A DNA stretch of 64,000 nucleotides from an uncultured Gemmataceae bacterium (GTDB lineage: Bacteria > Planctomycetota > Planctomycetia > Gemmatales > Gemmataceae), in contig CAVVPN010000004.1 of the NCBI GenBank assembly GCA_963750165.1, positions 352,001 through 416,000 of the forward strand. The letters are read 5' to 3'. Positions within the stretch are counted from its first letter, which is position 1. The number at the start of each line of letters is the position of its first letter. Below, piece after piece: positions 20,820-31,408 of this stretch. A model generated the notes under the pieces. The model was not told the origin of the DNA. It made no database searches and saw only the letters and a program-made list of their open reading frames with translations. The position numbers and the translations under genes are program-made.

Positions 20820-21311
20820 ATGCGTTGCACTGTTGCCATCCTGCTCGGCCTGACACTGCTGGCCGGCACCGGCTTGCCGCAGGCCGGCAAGGACAAGGAA
20901 GTCAAGCGCTTCGGCATCCTGCTGGACACCGGCCGGTTCCCCCAGGAAAAGCCGGAGCAGGCCCTGAGTTCGGTCGTCAAGGCGATTCAGTTGAAGCAGA
21001 TCGACTACCTGCTGGCGCACCTGGCGGACCCGAAGTTCGTCGATCACAAGGTGGACGAACTGAAGAAACAGTTCGGCGGCGGCAAGGAGGAGGCACGCGC
21101 GTACCTGGCGTTCCAGAAGCTGGTCAAGATCACCGCGGAGCACTTCGACGAGGATCCTGGCAAGGTCAAAGATTTGCAACGCTTCGCCAAGGATGCCACC
21201 TGGCAGGACAACGGCAAGCTGGCGGTCGGCACTCTGAAGAACCTGCCGTCGCGCAAGGTATTCCTGCGGAAAATCGACGGCCGCTGGATGCTGGAGGATC
21301 GTGAGAAGTGA
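20820..21311 (+). CDS. Secreted hypothetical protein
   Basis: GGAG RBS, signal peptide [16 protein letters not shown], coding-like Lys-rich composition. Confidence 0.8.
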   Translation: MRCTVAILLGLTLLAGTGLPQAGKDKEVKRFGILLDTGRFPQEKPEQALSSVVKAIQLKQIDYLLAHLADPKFVDHKVDELKKQFGGGKEEARAYLAFQKLVKITAEHFDEDPGKVKDLQRFAKDATWQDNGKLAVGTLKNLPSRKVFLRKIDGRWMLEDREK

Positions 21312-21318
21312 TTCCGGC

Positions 21319-21376
21319 GAGCGGGGTCGCGTCAGTGCCCCGTGTGCGATCACGGGGCGCTGACGCGACCCCGCTC
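21319..21376. repeat. REP-like palindrome family 2 (GAGCGGGGTCGCGTCAGYGCCCCGTG)
   Basis: 26-bp arms; second copy at 38189-38250; related to family 1. Confidence 0.9.
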
Positions 21377-21409
21377 ATCAATACCCGAAGTCTCAACCCG
21401 GATGCCACC

Positions 21410-22471
21410 ATGTCCACCCCCACCCCGATCGACCTGCGCAGCGACACCGTGACCCGGCCGACGCCCGCCATGCGCGCGGCGATGCAGTCCGCGGAAGTCG
21501 GCGACGACGTGTTCCACGATGACCCGACCGTGATCCGCCTGGAGGAGCGCGTCGCGGCGCTGCTCGGCAAGGAGGCGGCGCTGTTCGTGCCCTCCGGCAC
21601 CATGTCGAACCAGATTTGCGTCAAGGTCCACACGCAGCCGGGCGACGAACTGTTCTGCGAGACGACCTGTCACATCTACGTCTATGAGGCCGGCGGCCCG
21701 GCGGTGCTGAGCGGCGTCACCTGCCGCACCGTCGAGGGCGATTACGGCATCCTGGACGTGAGCCAGCTGGACGGCAAGATTCGGCCGGACAACGAGCACC
21801 TGGTGCGCAGCCGGCTGGTGTGCCTGGAGAACACGCACAACCGCGGCGGCGGCCGGGTGTATCCGCTGGAGAAAATCCAGGCGATCAGCGGTTGGGCGCG
21901 GCAGAACGGCCTGGCGATGCACCTGGACGGCGCCCGCTTGTGGAACGCCGTGGTCGCGTCGGGCATCGAGGCGAAGGAGTGGGCGGGCTGCTTCGACAGC
22001 GTGTCGGTGTGCTTCAGCAAGGGCCTGGGGGCGCCGGTCGGCTCGGCGCTGGCGGGGCCGCGCGATTTCGTGGCGAAGGCGCGGCGGGTGCGAAAAATGT
22101 TTGGCGGCGGTATGCGGCAGGTGGGCATTCTGGCGGCGGCGGCGCTGCATGCGCTGGACCATCACGTCGCGCGACTGGCCGACGACCACCGCAATGCCCG
22201 GCTCATCGCCCAGGCCATCGCGGACACGCCGGGGCTGGAACTGGACCCGCCGGAGGTGGAAACGAACCTGGTCTGGTTCAACGTCGATCCGACGTGGACG
22301 ACGGCGGCGAAGGTGGCGGCGGCGCTGAAGCAGCAGGGCGTGCTGGTCCACACGTCCGGGCCGCAGACGCTGCGGGCATGTACGCACCTGGACGTGTCGG
22401 CGGCGCAGGCGGCGCGGGTGGCGGAGGTCATCCGCCAGGCGCTGACGCAGCGGGCGCCGGCGCTGGCGTGA
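21410..22471 (+). CDS. ltaE: Low-specificity L-threonine aldolase
   Basis: [39 protein letters not shown]. Confidence 0.93.
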   Translation: MSTPTPIDLRSDTVTRPTPAMRAAMQSAEVGDDVFHDDPTVIRLEERVAALLGKEAALFVPSGTMSNQICVKVHTQPGDELFCETTCHIYVYEAGGPAVLSGVTCRTVEGDYGILDVSQLDGKIRPDNEHLVRSRLVCLENTHNRGGGRVYPLEKIQAISGWARQNGLAMHLDGARLWNAVVASGIEAKEWAGCFDSVSVCFSKGLGAPVGSALAGPRDFVAKARRVRKMFGGGMRQVGILAAAALHALDHHVARLADDHRNARLIAQAIADTPGLELDPPEVETNLVWFNVDPTWTTAAKVAAALKQQGVLVHTSGPQTLRACTHLDVSAAQAARVAEVIRQALTQRAPALA

Positions 22472-22585
22472 CGCGCAACCCCTGCCGCGAGCAACCTTCC
22501 TCACCGGCTCCCGTCCACCGGTGCCGTTTGCCGGACATTCCAACGGTTGATAGAGTGTCAGAATTGCTGGCCGCGGAGGTGGCGG

Positions 22586-23479
22586 ATGGCGACGGCAGCG
22601 CGGCGGGTGGCGGTTCGCGCCGGGGCGGAGGTGCTGGGCACGTTCATCCTGGTGTTCTTCGGCTGCGGGGCGGTCCACAGTGCGGTGCTGACGGGGGCGC
22701 TGGTCGGGCTGTGGCAGGTGGCGATCGTCTGGGGCGTGGCCATCATGCTCGCTATCTACGTCGTGGGCAACGTCAGCGGCGCCCACATCAACCCGGCGAT
22801 TACGGTGGCGCTGGCGCTGTGGCGGCGCTTCCCGTGGGGCGAGGTGCCGGTTTACGTGCTGAGCCAGCTGCTCGGCGCGGCGCTGGCGGCGATGGTGCTG
22901 TTCGGGCTGTACGGGCCGTACCTGGCCGAGCGCGAGCGGCGGCAGGAGGTGGTCCGCGGCCAGCCCGGCAGCGAAATCACGGCCATGTGCTACGGCGAAT
23001 ACTTCCCCAACCCGGGCGCAGTCTCCACCGACATCCGACCCAGGCCCAGACCCGAGGACGTGGTCGCCGAGGAGTTGAAACAGTCGTACGCCCTTGTCAG
23101 CCTGGAGGCGGCGTTCCTGGCGGAGGTACTGGGCACGGCGATCCTGGCGCTGGTGGTGTTCGCGCTGACGGACGAGCGCAACCGGGCGGCGCCGCTGAGC
23201 CGGCTGGGGCCGGTGTTCATCGGCCTGACGGTGGCGGTGCTGATCGCGGTGATCGCGCCCTTGACGCAGGCGTGCTTCAACCCGGCGCGCGACCTCGGGC
23301 CGCGGTTGGTGGCGTACTTTGCCGGCTGGGGCGAGATTGCGATTCCGGGGCCGCGGCCGGGCTTCTGGCTGGTGTACCTGGTGGCGCCGGTGGTCGGCGC
23401 TGCCGCCGGCGGCGCGCTGTACACCTGCCTGCTGCAGCCGAACCAGCCCGCGGAAAAACCGATCGGTGAGGAAGCATAA
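22586..23479 (+). CDS. MIP/aquaporin family channel (GlpF-like)
   Basis: SGAHINPA and FNPARD motifs, six TM helices. Confidence 0.93.
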   Translation: MATAARRVAVRAGAEVLGTFILVFFGCGAVHSAVLTGALVGLWQVAIVWGVAIMLAIYVVGNVSGAHINPAITVALALWRRFPWGEVPVYVLSQLLGAALAAMVLFGLYGPYLAERERRQEVVRGQPGSEITAMCYGEYFPNPGAVSTDIRPRPRPEDVVAEELKQSYALVSLEAAFLAEVLGTAILALVVFALTDERNRAAPLSRLGPVFIGLTVAVLIAVIAPLTQACFNPARDLGPRLVAYFAGWGEIAIPGPRPGFWLVYLVAPVVGAAAGGALYTCLLQPNQPAEKPIGEEA

Positions 23480-23496
23480 CCCAGGGGAGAAGCAAC

Positions 23497-24597
23497 GTGA
23501 ACGGCATGCGGTTCATCATGGTGGGCGGGTTCCTCGGCGCCGGCAAGACGACAACGTTGGCCCGCCTGGCGAAGTTCTATCAACAGCGCGGTCAGCGCGT
23601 CGGCATCGTCACCAACGACCAGGCCCAGGACCTCGTGGACACGCACAACCTGCGCGCGCAGGGGTTGGCCGTGGAGGAAGTCGCCGGCGCCTGCTTCTGC
23701 TGCCGCTTCGACGACCTGATGGGCAAGGTCGAGCAGCTCAACGTCAGCGAGCGGCCGCAGGTGATCCTCGCGGAGCCGGTCGGCAGCTGCACCGACCTGG
23801 TGGCGACGGTCGTGCAGCCGCTGAAAGACCTGTACGGCGAGCGCTTCCGCGTGGCGCCGTACCCGGTGCTGTTCAAGCCCAGCCACGGTCTGAAAATCCT
23901 CAAGGACGAGCCGGCCGCGGGCTTCTCGCCCAAGGCGGCGTACATCTTCCGCAAGCAACTCGAAGAGGCGGACGCCATCCTCATCAACCGCATTGACGAA
24001 CTGCCGCCTACCCAGGTGGACGAACTGGCGGCGCTGGTGGCGCAGCAGTTCCCGGGCGTGCCGGTGCTGCGCGTCTCGGCGAAGACGGGGCAGGGCTTTG
24101 ACGCGCTGACGCAGTTGCTCGACCAGGACGGGGCGTTCGGCCGGCGCATCCTCGACATCGACTACGACACCTACGCCGAGGGCGAGGCCGAGCTCGGCTG
24201 GCTCAACAGCAGCGTCCACGTGCAGGCGCCAGCGCCGTTCGCGCTCGACGAGTTGCTGCTGGCGATCGTGGGCAAACTGCAGGCCGCGTTGCCGGCCGAT
24301 GCGGAGGTGGCGCACCTGAAGGCGATCGGGTTGTGGGAGGGATTTTTCGGCGTCGCGAACCTGGTCAGCAGCAAGACGCGGCCGGAGTTGTCACTGCCGT
24401 CGAACTGCCAGGTGCAGGAGGCGGACGTGATTGTCAACGCCCGGGTGGCGCTGGACCCGGCAGAGTTGCAGAAGCTGGTGGAGGGAACCGTGCGGGCGAT
24501 CTGCCAGGGCCGCGGTATGACGGCGACGATTCACAAGACGCAGAGCTTCCGTCCCGGCCGGCCGACGCCGACGCATCGCTACGCAATGGCGAAGTGA
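23497..24597 (+). CDS. CobW/COG0523-like G3E GTPase metallochaperone
   Basis: [24 protein letters not shown]. Confidence 0.88.
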   Translation: MNGMRFIMVGGFLGAGKTTTLARLAKFYQQRGQRVGIVTNDQAQDLVDTHNLRAQGLAVEEVAGACFCCRFDDLMGKVEQLNVSERPQVILAEPVGSCTDLVATVVQPLKDLYGERFRVAPYPVLFKPSHGLKILKDEPAAGFSPKAAYIFRKQLEEADAILINRIDELPPTQVDELAALVAQQFPGVPVLRVSAKTGQGFDALTQLLDQDGAFGRRILDIDYDTYAEGEAELGWLNSSVHVQAPAPFALDELLLAIVGKLQAALPADAEVAHLKAIGLWEGFFGVANLVSSKTRPELSLPSNCQVQEADVIVNARVALDPAELQKLVEGTVRAICQGRGMTATIHKTQSFRPGRPTPTHRYAMAK

Positions 24598-24599
24598 AA

Positions 24600-24790
24600 G
24601 AAACCGCCAAGACGCCAGGGACGCCAAGAAGACCAATTCAAATTCTTTTGTTTTGTCTTCTTGGCGTCCTTGGGAGGCGCCGAACAACAACTTCGTAGGA
24701 CGGCTCTCCAGAGCCGTCCCGACGGCTCTGGAGAGCCGTCCTACTTTTGGAAGTTGTTGTTCGGCGCCTCCTTGGCGTCTTGGCGGTTTC
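24600..24790. mobile_element. Nested repeat: GCCAAG-type hairpin interrupted by a 97-bp MITE-like element that carries a GTAG REP doublet
   Basis: 21-bp perfect TIRs 24674-24694/24750-24770 flanked by CTTGG direct repeats; REP doublet 24695-24744. Confidence 0.75.
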
Positions 24791-24796
24791 TCCTTT

Positions 24797-25009
24797 TTAA
24801 TATTCGCGGTAGCAGTTGCGGCCGGCGTCGGAGCACGCCTCCAGCGCCGCCGCCTGGCCGTCCGGGCCGACGCCGCTGAACGTGCAGGTGCAGGTGAACT
24901 CGACCTGCCCGGATGCGAAGTCCGGATCTTCCCGGAAATTCTCGCCGTAGACCATCATCGACTTGCACGTCAGAAACATGCAGCGCGGCTTGTTGGTGTT
25001 CTCGGACAT
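24797..25009 (-). CDS. Small Cys-rich protein (70 aa), last gene of the Mo-oxidoreductase operon
   Basis: CMFLTC...CTCT...C...CY; co-oriented, ~33 bp after the FAD subunit. Confidence 0.7.
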   Translation of the reverse strand: MSENTNKPRCMFLTCKSMMVYGENFREDPDFASGQVEFTCTCTFSGVGPDGQAAALEACSDAGRNCYREY

Positions 25010-25042
25010 GAGAGCAATCCCTGGGTGAATGGGTGTAAAGAC

Positions 25043-26053
25043 TCACGACTCCCAGTAGCGCTTCTGGCCCGCGGCGATCAGGATGGCGCGCTTGACGGTC
25101 ACCTCGACCAGCTTGAGCTTGTAGGCGTTCTGGCTGAGCGGCTTGGCGCCGTTCACAGCGGCGCGGCCCGCGGCGGTCGCGGTCGCCTCGGTGACGGCGT
25201 TGCCCTGCAGCGCCTTGGCGGCCGCCTCCGCAATGTGCGGCGTCGGCGCCACCTGGCCCAGCACCACCTTGACGTTCGCGGCGTTGCCGCCGTTCACCTC
25301 GAACGCCACCGACGCCTGCACCAGCGGCCAGTCGCTCGACAACTTCTGCCGCACCTCGTAGCTGGCGCTGACCAGGCCACGCACCGGCACCGTCACCGAC
25401 AGTACCATCTCATTCGGCGCCAGCGTGTGCTCGCGATCCTTCTGGTTGCGCAGCGCGAAGAAGAACTTGGCCATGTCCAGATTGCGGCGGACGCCGTTCG
25501 GGCCCATGATTTCCGCGGTCGCCCCCAGCGCGATCAGGGCGGTGCCCACCGTCGAGGGGGACGCGATCACGCACGGGTGGCCCTGCGTGAAGATGGCGTG
25601 GTAGCGGTTCTCGCCGTCCAGGGCAAAGCAGCGGTTGCCGCCCTTGAGCAAACACTGCACGTGCTCGTCGCGGAAGTACCAGCAGCGGTTGCGCTGGCAC
25701 AGGTTGCCGCCGAGCGTCGCCATGTTGCGAATCTGCGGCCCGGCAATCTCGCCGGCCGCGGACGCCAGCGCCGCGAAACGCTGGCGGATCTGGGCGTTCG
25801 CCGCGATCTCGGCCAGCGTGGCGCCGGCGCCGATCTTGATCCAGCGCGGCGGATTCTGATCATCGACCTGGATGACGTTCAGGCCCTTGATGCCGCCGAG
25901 ACTGACCACCCGGCTCGGCTGGGCGACGTACTCCTTCTGCAGCGCGTGCAGGTCGGTGCCGCCGGCCAGCAGTTCGGTGTTACCCCAGTTCGCTTCGAGG
26001 AGGCCGACGGCCTGTTCCGCCGTGGCCGGGCGAAAGTATGTGAAGTTGCGCAT
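25043..26053 (-). CDS. Xanthine dehydrogenase-family FAD subunit (PaoB/YagS-like) with [4Fe-4S] insert
   Basis: LAGGTDL, QIRNMATLGGNLCQRNRCWYFR...C...GGNRC. Confidence 0.93.
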   Translation of the reverse strand: MRNFTYFRPATAEQAVGLLEANWGNTELLAGGTDLHALQKEYVAQPSRVVSLGGIKGLNVIQVDDQNPPRWIKIGAGATLAEIAANAQIRQRFAALASAAGEIAGPQIRNMATLGGNLCQRNRCWYFRDEHVQCLLKGGNRCFALDGENRYHAIFTQGHPCVIASPSTVGTALIALGATAEIMGPNGVRRNLDMAKFFFALRNQKDREHTLAPNEMVLSVTVPVRGLVSASYEVRQKLSSDWPLVQASVAFEVNGGNAANVKVVLGQVAPTPHIAEAAAKALQGNAVTEATATAAGRAAVNGAKPLSQNAYKLKLVEVTVKRAILIAAGQKRYWES

Positions 26054-26099
26054 GGTGTGTGCTGTCTCCGTGGAAGTCGGAATCGCTGGGTGCCTTTTT

Positions 26100-26157
26100 C
26101 GTGGGGCAGACCTTCCTGTCTGCCAATCAATCGGCAGACAGGAAGGTCTGCCCCACG
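26100..26157. repeat. GTGG-type REP doublet inside the operon
   Basis: GTGGGGCAGACCTTCCTGTCTGCC and its exact inverse. Confidence 0.85.
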
Positions 26158-26161
26158 TTGG

Positions 26162-28347
26162 TTATTTCTTCGCGGCGGCCAGCGCCGCCAGGACGCGCTC
26201 CGGCGTGAACGGTGCCTGCGACACGCGCACGCCAATGGCGTTGAACACGGCGTTGCCGACCGCCGCCAGCGTCGAAACCGTCGGCGGTTCGCCGATGCCG
26301 ATGACGCCGCGCTCCGGCATGTCGTACATGTGGACGATGATGTTCGGCATGTCGTTGATGCCGCCCAGCTTGTAGAACTCCATGTTCGGGTTGACCTGCC
26401 GGCCGGTCGCCCGGTCCATGATGCGCTCCTCGTAGAGCGCGTAGTTGACGCCCATGATGACGCCACCGGCCACCTGCGACTCACAGGCCAGCTTGTTGAT
26501 AATCAGGCCGCAGTCCTGCACCGCCACGAAGCGCGGGCACCGCACCACGCCCGTTTCGATGTCCACGGTCACTTCCGCGATCTGCACACCGCCGACGCCC
26601 TGCATCGACAGCCCCGGCGACCAGTTGCCCGTGCCCTCGACCGCGGCCATCATGCCCAGCTTGGCGCACGCCTGCCGCCAGGGCATGTCCGTGTTGTTGG
26701 CGTTGTTGTGGATCACGCCGACGCGGATTTCCAGCTGGTTCGCCTGCACGTTCAGCGCTGCGCCAGCGCGTTCAGGAAGTTCGTTTTGACGTTGTTGGCC
26801 GCATTCAGCGCCGCCGGCGACACGCCCGGGCAGGTGGTGCTACCGCCCGAACCCGTCGAACGGCCCATCTGGCTCTCGCCGATGCGCACGGTGATGTCGG
26901 GCGGGTTCAGCCCCAGAATCTCGGCGACGATGATCGCCAGCACGGTGCGGTTGGCGGTGCCCAGATCCTGCGTGGACGACTGCACCAGCACCGAGCCGTC
27001 GCCGTGAATGCTCACGCGCACGTCGTTGTTGGGGCCGCCGCCGCCGCCCCAGGTGTGCAGCGCCATGCCGATGCCGTGCTTGATGACGCCCTTGCCCGCG
27101 CCCGGCCGGTGCCATTTGCGGTCCCAGTCCGACAGCTTCCGCGCGATCTCGATCTGCCGCGTGTACAGCGTGTGCCGCATGGCGTTGTAGCTCAGCGGCT
27201 GATTCTTCATCGCGTTGGCGTCATTCGGCGGCAGGTTCCGCAATCGCAGTTCCAGCGGGTTCATGTTCAGCCGCGCCGCCAGGTCGTCCACGGCCGAGTC
27301 GGTCAGGTAGCAGCTCTGCGGGTGACCCGGGGCACGCATGGCCCGGCCGGTCTGCGTGTTTAGCCGCACCACGCGGTGCTTGCGCTTCACGAACGGAACC
27401 TGCACGTAGACGTAGGGCAGCAGGTTGAAGTTCACCGTGTTGCCGCGGCCCGAGCCCGGCGTGCCGTAGCAATCGACCTCGAAGGCGCGGATGGTGCCAT
27501 TCTTCAACGCGCCGATGCGGACGGTGCCGGTCACCGAGGGCCGCAGGCCGCCGACCGTCACCTCCTCGGCGCGGTCGAGCATCAGCTTGACCGGGGCGCG
27601 GGCCTTGCGGGCCAGATGGGCGCAGGCGATGCCCTGGATGTCAGGACCGAACTTGCTGCCGAACCCGCCGCCCATGTAGTGGGTGATGCACTTGACGCGC
27701 GTCGCCGGAATCTTGAAAGCCTGAGCCAGCGCCGCCGCCGTGCCGGGCACCGCCTGCGTCGAGGCATAGACCGTCAGGTTTTCCAGCTTGTCGTCCCAGT
27801 GCGCCACCAGGCCGTGCGATTCCAGACACTGATGGCAGATGACCGGGGCGCTGTAGGTGCCGGTCGCCACGGTGGTGTTCGTGAAGGCGTCGTTGGCGAA
27901 GTTCTGGCCGATGGTCGTTTCGCCGCCGACGGTGACCTGATTGCCCGGCGGTGACACCGTGCTGGGCATCTTCTCGTTGGCCAGGGCGTCCGCCTCGGTG
28001 ACACGGTGCGGCAGCACCTCGTAGGTAACGCGGACGGCGCGGGCGACGTCGTTGGCGTGCTCTTCCGTGTCGGCACAGACGGCGATGACCTCGTCGCCGG
28101 CGAAGTAGACGGTGGCGCCGGCGTTCTTGAGAATGTGGAAGGCACGGTAGCCGGGCACCTTCTCGGCGGCGGCGGTGTCGATGTCCTTGATGCGGGCGTG
28201 GGCGTGCGGGCTGCGCACGATGCGGGCGTGCAGCAACCCTTGCAGGTTGATGTCAAAGCTGTACTTGGCACGGCCGGTGGCCTTGTCGGGGCCGTCCAGG
28301 CGCTGCACCTTGGTGCCGATGACGCGGCGTCGTTGGGGCCATGGCAT
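26162..28347 (-). CDS. Xanthine dehydrogenase-family molybdopterin subunit (PaoC/YagR-like); apparent 1-nt deletion ~26755
   Basis: RSPHAHA, MGGGFGSK, MRAPG, QDLGT, GIGEP; adding one C gives QRLNVQANQL and joins the ORFs. Confidence 0.92.
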
Positions 28348-28378
28348 AACTGGATCTCCTCCAGGATGGTGTTCGGTA

Positions 28379-29005
28379 TTAGCGCTCGCGTTTGCGGTTG
28401 CACAGGGCGTAAATGGCGTCGCGCATCTGCTCGTAGGTGCCGCAGCGGCAGATGTTGCCGGCCAGGCCGTGCTCGACCTCCGCGGGCGTCGCCTTCGGGT
28501 TCTGCTCCAGCACCGCCTTCATCGCCACGACGAAGCCGGGCGTGCAGAAGCCGCACTGCTGGGCGTCGTACTGCACGAAGGCCGCCGGCACCGGATCGAG
28601 CTTACCGCCGCCGAGCGACTCGGCGGTGCGAATCTGCTTGCCCTGCGCTTCCAGCGCCAGCATGCTGCACGCATAGACGACCTTGCCGTCGAGCAGGACG
28701 GTGCAGGCGCCGCAGGTGCCGCGATCGCAGACACGCTTGCAGCCGGTCACGTCGAGGTAGTTACGCAGCGCGTCGAGCAGGGTGACGCGCGGCTCGACAC
28801 TGGTGGTCATCTTCTGGCCGTTGACGGTCAGTGTCATCTTGACCGCGTTGGGTCCGATGGCGGGCGTCTGCGGTTGCTGCACAGGCGCGGCCTCGGCGGG
28901 CAGCGTCGGCGTGCCCAGCGCCGTGGCCGCCGCGGCGGCGCCGCCGCCCTTGAGAAACTGGCGGCGCGACACGCCACTGCTGTTTTGGTGTCCCTGGTCG
29001 TGCAT
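28379..29005 (-). CDS. 2[2Fe-2S] subunit (PaoA/YagT-like) with Tat signal
   Basis: SRRQFLK; CDRGTCGACTV; QCGFCTPG; CRCG. Confidence 0.94.
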   Translation of the reverse strand: MHDQGHQNSSGVSRRQFLKGGGAAAAATALGTPTLPAEAAPVQQPQTPAIGPNAVKMTLTVNGQKMTTSVEPRVTLLDALRNYLDVTGCKRVCDRGTCGACTVLLDGKVVYACSMLALEAQGKQIRTAESLGGGKLDPVPAAFVQYDAQQCGFCTPGFVVAMKAVLEQNPKATPAEVEHGLAGNICRCGTYEQMRDAIYALCNRKRER

Positions 29006-29153
29006 CGAGTGGACCCTCCCCCTTGGAGTCACGAGGATGAAGTGAAGCAATCGGGGCGTCCCAGGCGCCCGTGGTCCTCCGCTTCAGTGTATGGATAGCG
29101 ATGACGGCGACGATTGTATGGCCCGGAAGGCGCCGGCACAAGCAGTTTCCCGG

Positions 29154-29200
29154 CCCGTTTATGTTTCGCGCGGGCGGAGAGCGCGCAAAACGTAAACGGG
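29154..29200. repeat. Hairpin family CCCGTTTAYGTTTCGCGC...GCRCRAAACGTRAACGGG
   Basis: Second copy 35216-35262; half copy 55821-55836. Confidence 0.8.
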
Positions 29201-29223
29201 GTCAGACGGTGCCTGAGTCGCTC

Positions 29224-30516
29224 TCAGCCGCGCTGGCCTGGACGCCAGACGGTCACCGGCTCCAGTCCGCGGAACAGCGCCGCCGCAGCCGGCAAGAGCG
29301 CGGTCGGCCGTGTCTGCACCGGCGGCAGGAATGTGGCCGGCTCCGACGCGGGCAACGCCCGCACCTGGAAGTCGGCCAGCGCGGCGCGGCGCAACGGCTG
29401 CACGGCCCCGTGCGTGGACACGAAGACGCAGACCAGCGCCGCGTCGCCCAGCAGCGCCGTGCGGCGGACGTGGCCGCGGCCGGCCGGGTGACAGGTCGTA
29501 CACTTCGCCAGGTTCTTGGCGCTGACGTTGCGATGATCGCGGCGCTGGGCCTCGCGCTCCGGCGTGTGGTTGTGGCAGCCGTAGCAGGTGTACTTCTCGA
29601 AGTGCTTCACTTCGGTGTGACAGGTCGCGCACGACGCCCCCTTGCGCCCGCCGCCCCCGCCGTGGTTGACCGGGAACGAATGGCGGAACGTCACGTCTTC
29701 CCAGTCGCTCGTCTTGTGACAGTAGTTGCAATTGTTGCCATAGCGGCTCTTGTGTGTCTTCGGCTCGGCGTGGCAGGCGGCGCAGTTTTGCGGCGTGCCC
29801 TTGAAGACCTCCGCGGCCAGCGTCTCACGCCTGGCCCCGGCCTTGACGAAGACTTCCCAGGCATGACAGCCCTTGCAATCGACCTTCGTGTGCTTGCCCG
29901 TCAGTTTGTAGGTCGTGAAGTCGTGGTTGAACTTGAAGGCGGTCCCGGTCGTGAACTTCCACGTCTTGACATTGTGGCAGCCGGCGCAGTCAGCGCCGAA
30001 GCGGTCCTTGTGGATCTTCGGCTCGGCGTGACAGGAGTTGCAGTCCGTTGGCGTGCCGCGATAAACGCTGCCGGTGTGGCAGGACTTGCAGTCCACGTGG
30101 CGATGGCCGCCGGTCAGCGGGAACGCGGTGCAGGTGTGGTCGAAGGTGGTCATGTCGGTCAGTCCGGCGTGGGCGCCCTTGTGCTCGGTGTGGCATTCAC
30201 GGCACTCCTTGCCCTGGGCGAGCAGGCCGTGCATCGGCCCCTTGCGCTCGATCTGTTCGCGCACCTCGCTGTGGCAGTCGAGACAGCGGCCGGACATGGT
30301 GCCGCCGCTCCAGGGCTCGGCGTGGCAGGCGGCGCAGTTGTTCGTCAGCTCGGCGTGCGACCGGACGCCGCCGCGCTCCGTCTCCTGGCGGACCTCCGCG
30401 TTCAGGGCGCCGGGGCTGAACATACCCTGGCCGCGCACCGCCAGCACCACCGTCACGCCGACCAGCGTGACCAGGGCGGCGAACTTCCCCGGACCCCAAC
30501 TCCCCAGGTGTTTCAT
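29224..30516 (-). CDS. Dodecaheme cytochrome c (class III/c7-like repeats), N-terminal membrane anchor or signal
   Basis: 12 CxxCH motifs counted; FDH..TAFPLTGGH and FNH..TYKLTGKH repeats. Confidence 0.92.
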   Translation of the reverse strand: MKHLGSWGPGKFAALVTLVGVTVVLAVRGQGMFSPGALNAEVRQETERGGVRSHAELTNNCAACHAEPWSGGTMSGRCLDCHSEVREQIERKGPMHGLLAQGKECRECHTEHKGAHAGLTDMTTFDHTCTAFPLTGGHRHVDCKSCHTGSVYRGTPTDCNSCHAEPKIHKDRFGADCAGCHNVKTWKFTTGTAFKFNHDFTTYKLTGKHTKVDCKGCHAWEVFVKAGARRETLAAEVFKGTPQNCAACHAEPKTHKSRYGNNCNYCHKTSDWEDVTFRHSFPVNHGGGGGRKGASCATCHTEVKHFEKYTCYGCHNHTPEREAQRRDHRNVSAKNLAKCTTCHPAGRGHVRRTALLGDAALVCVFVSTHGAVQPLRRAALADFQVRALPASEPATFLPPVQTRPTALLPAAAALFRGLEPVTVWRPGQRG

Positions 30517-30526
30517 GGACGAGCCC

Positions 30527-31318
30527 TCATTTCAGGAATGTCGCGTAGTACAGGGCGGCGCCGACGTGCAGGAATGCCAGGCTGAACACCGCGGCGCTCA
30601 GCGGCACGTGCAGCGAATGCCACAGCGCCAGCAGGTTCCGGGCCGCCACCAGGGAATGCACTTGCAAATACAACCGATAGCGATCCGTTAACAACCGGTC
30701 CAGCTTGGCGGCCAGCACACGGTCCTGGCGGCGCAGGTCCCGCAGCGCATGGCCCAGGCGCCGCCGCTGCCGCCAGCGCAGCCAGGGCCGGGCCAGCAGC
30801 GTCACCCAGCCGGCCGGCGGCGTGCCGAGCGCCGCCAGTGCCGCCGCCCCGCCCGGCACGCCCAGCGTCTGCAGCTGCCGGTCCGCGGCGGCCAGCTGGG
30901 CGTGCAGCTCGTGCGCCGCGACCGCCAGGCCGTCCAGCGTACGCGGCGTCGCGGTGTAGAGGTAACGGCCGACAAAACCGCTCGCCACCAGCACGATCGT
31001 CAGCAGCGCGACCGCGCCGGCCAGGCCGTGGAACTTGCCGGCCGTGTGCAGCAGCACCAGGTACGGGCCGACCAGGCCGGTGAACACGTGCGCCTGCAGC
31101 CAGATGCTCGTCGGCCCCCAGGTGAAACCGCGGAGCCGCTTGCGCAGCGTGTACAGAGACTCGGTGCCCAGCATCAGCACGAAGCCGAGGACGCCGAGGC
31201 CGTGCCCGACCAGGCCGCTCGATCCGGGAATCTCCTGCTGCGCTTCGATGACGTACCACAGCGTCACGGCCAGAATCACGGCCAGGGCGAACACCAGTTC
31301 CGTCGGAACGCGGCGCAT
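30527..31318 (-). CDS. Integral membrane protein, putative di-heme b (ferric-reductase-like)
   Basis: About five TM helices; two H-x13-H pairs (HVFTGLVGPYLVLLH, HVPLSAAVFSLAFLH). Confidence 0.75.
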   Translation of the reverse strand: MRRVPTELVFALAVILAVTLWYVIEAQQEIPGSSGLVGHGLGVLGFVLMLGTESLYTLRKRLRGFTWGPTSIWLQAHVFTGLVGPYLVLLHTAGKFHGLAGAVALLTIVLVASGFVGRYLYTATPRTLDGLAVAAHELHAQLAAADRQLQTLGVPGGAAALAALGTPPAGWVTLLARPWLRWRQRRRLGHALRDLRRQDRVLAAKLDRLLTDRYRLYLQVHSLVAARNLLALWHSLHVPLSAAVFSLAFLHVGAALYYATFLK

Positions 31319-31337
31319 CCGGAGAAACCCTTCTTTC

Positions 31338-31405
31338 GGCGAGCGGCGCGGCGTCAGCCCGCCGGTCAGGATCAGCACCGGCGGGCTGACGCCGCGCCGC
31401 TCGCC
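31338..31405. repeat. REP-like palindrome family 1, intra-operonic copy
   Basis: 29-bp perfect arms matching 14770-14838. Confidence 0.9.
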
Positions 31406-31408
31406 AGA

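Noticed and set aside
20625..21353. N-terminal extension making AroC 613 aa
   Set aside because: It overlaps an opposite-strand gene and a repeat; the canonical AroC start is at 20624.
26752..26754. TGA in the Mo subunit as selenocysteine or a genuine gene split
   Set aside because: The protein continues in another frame, and a single inserted C restores it.
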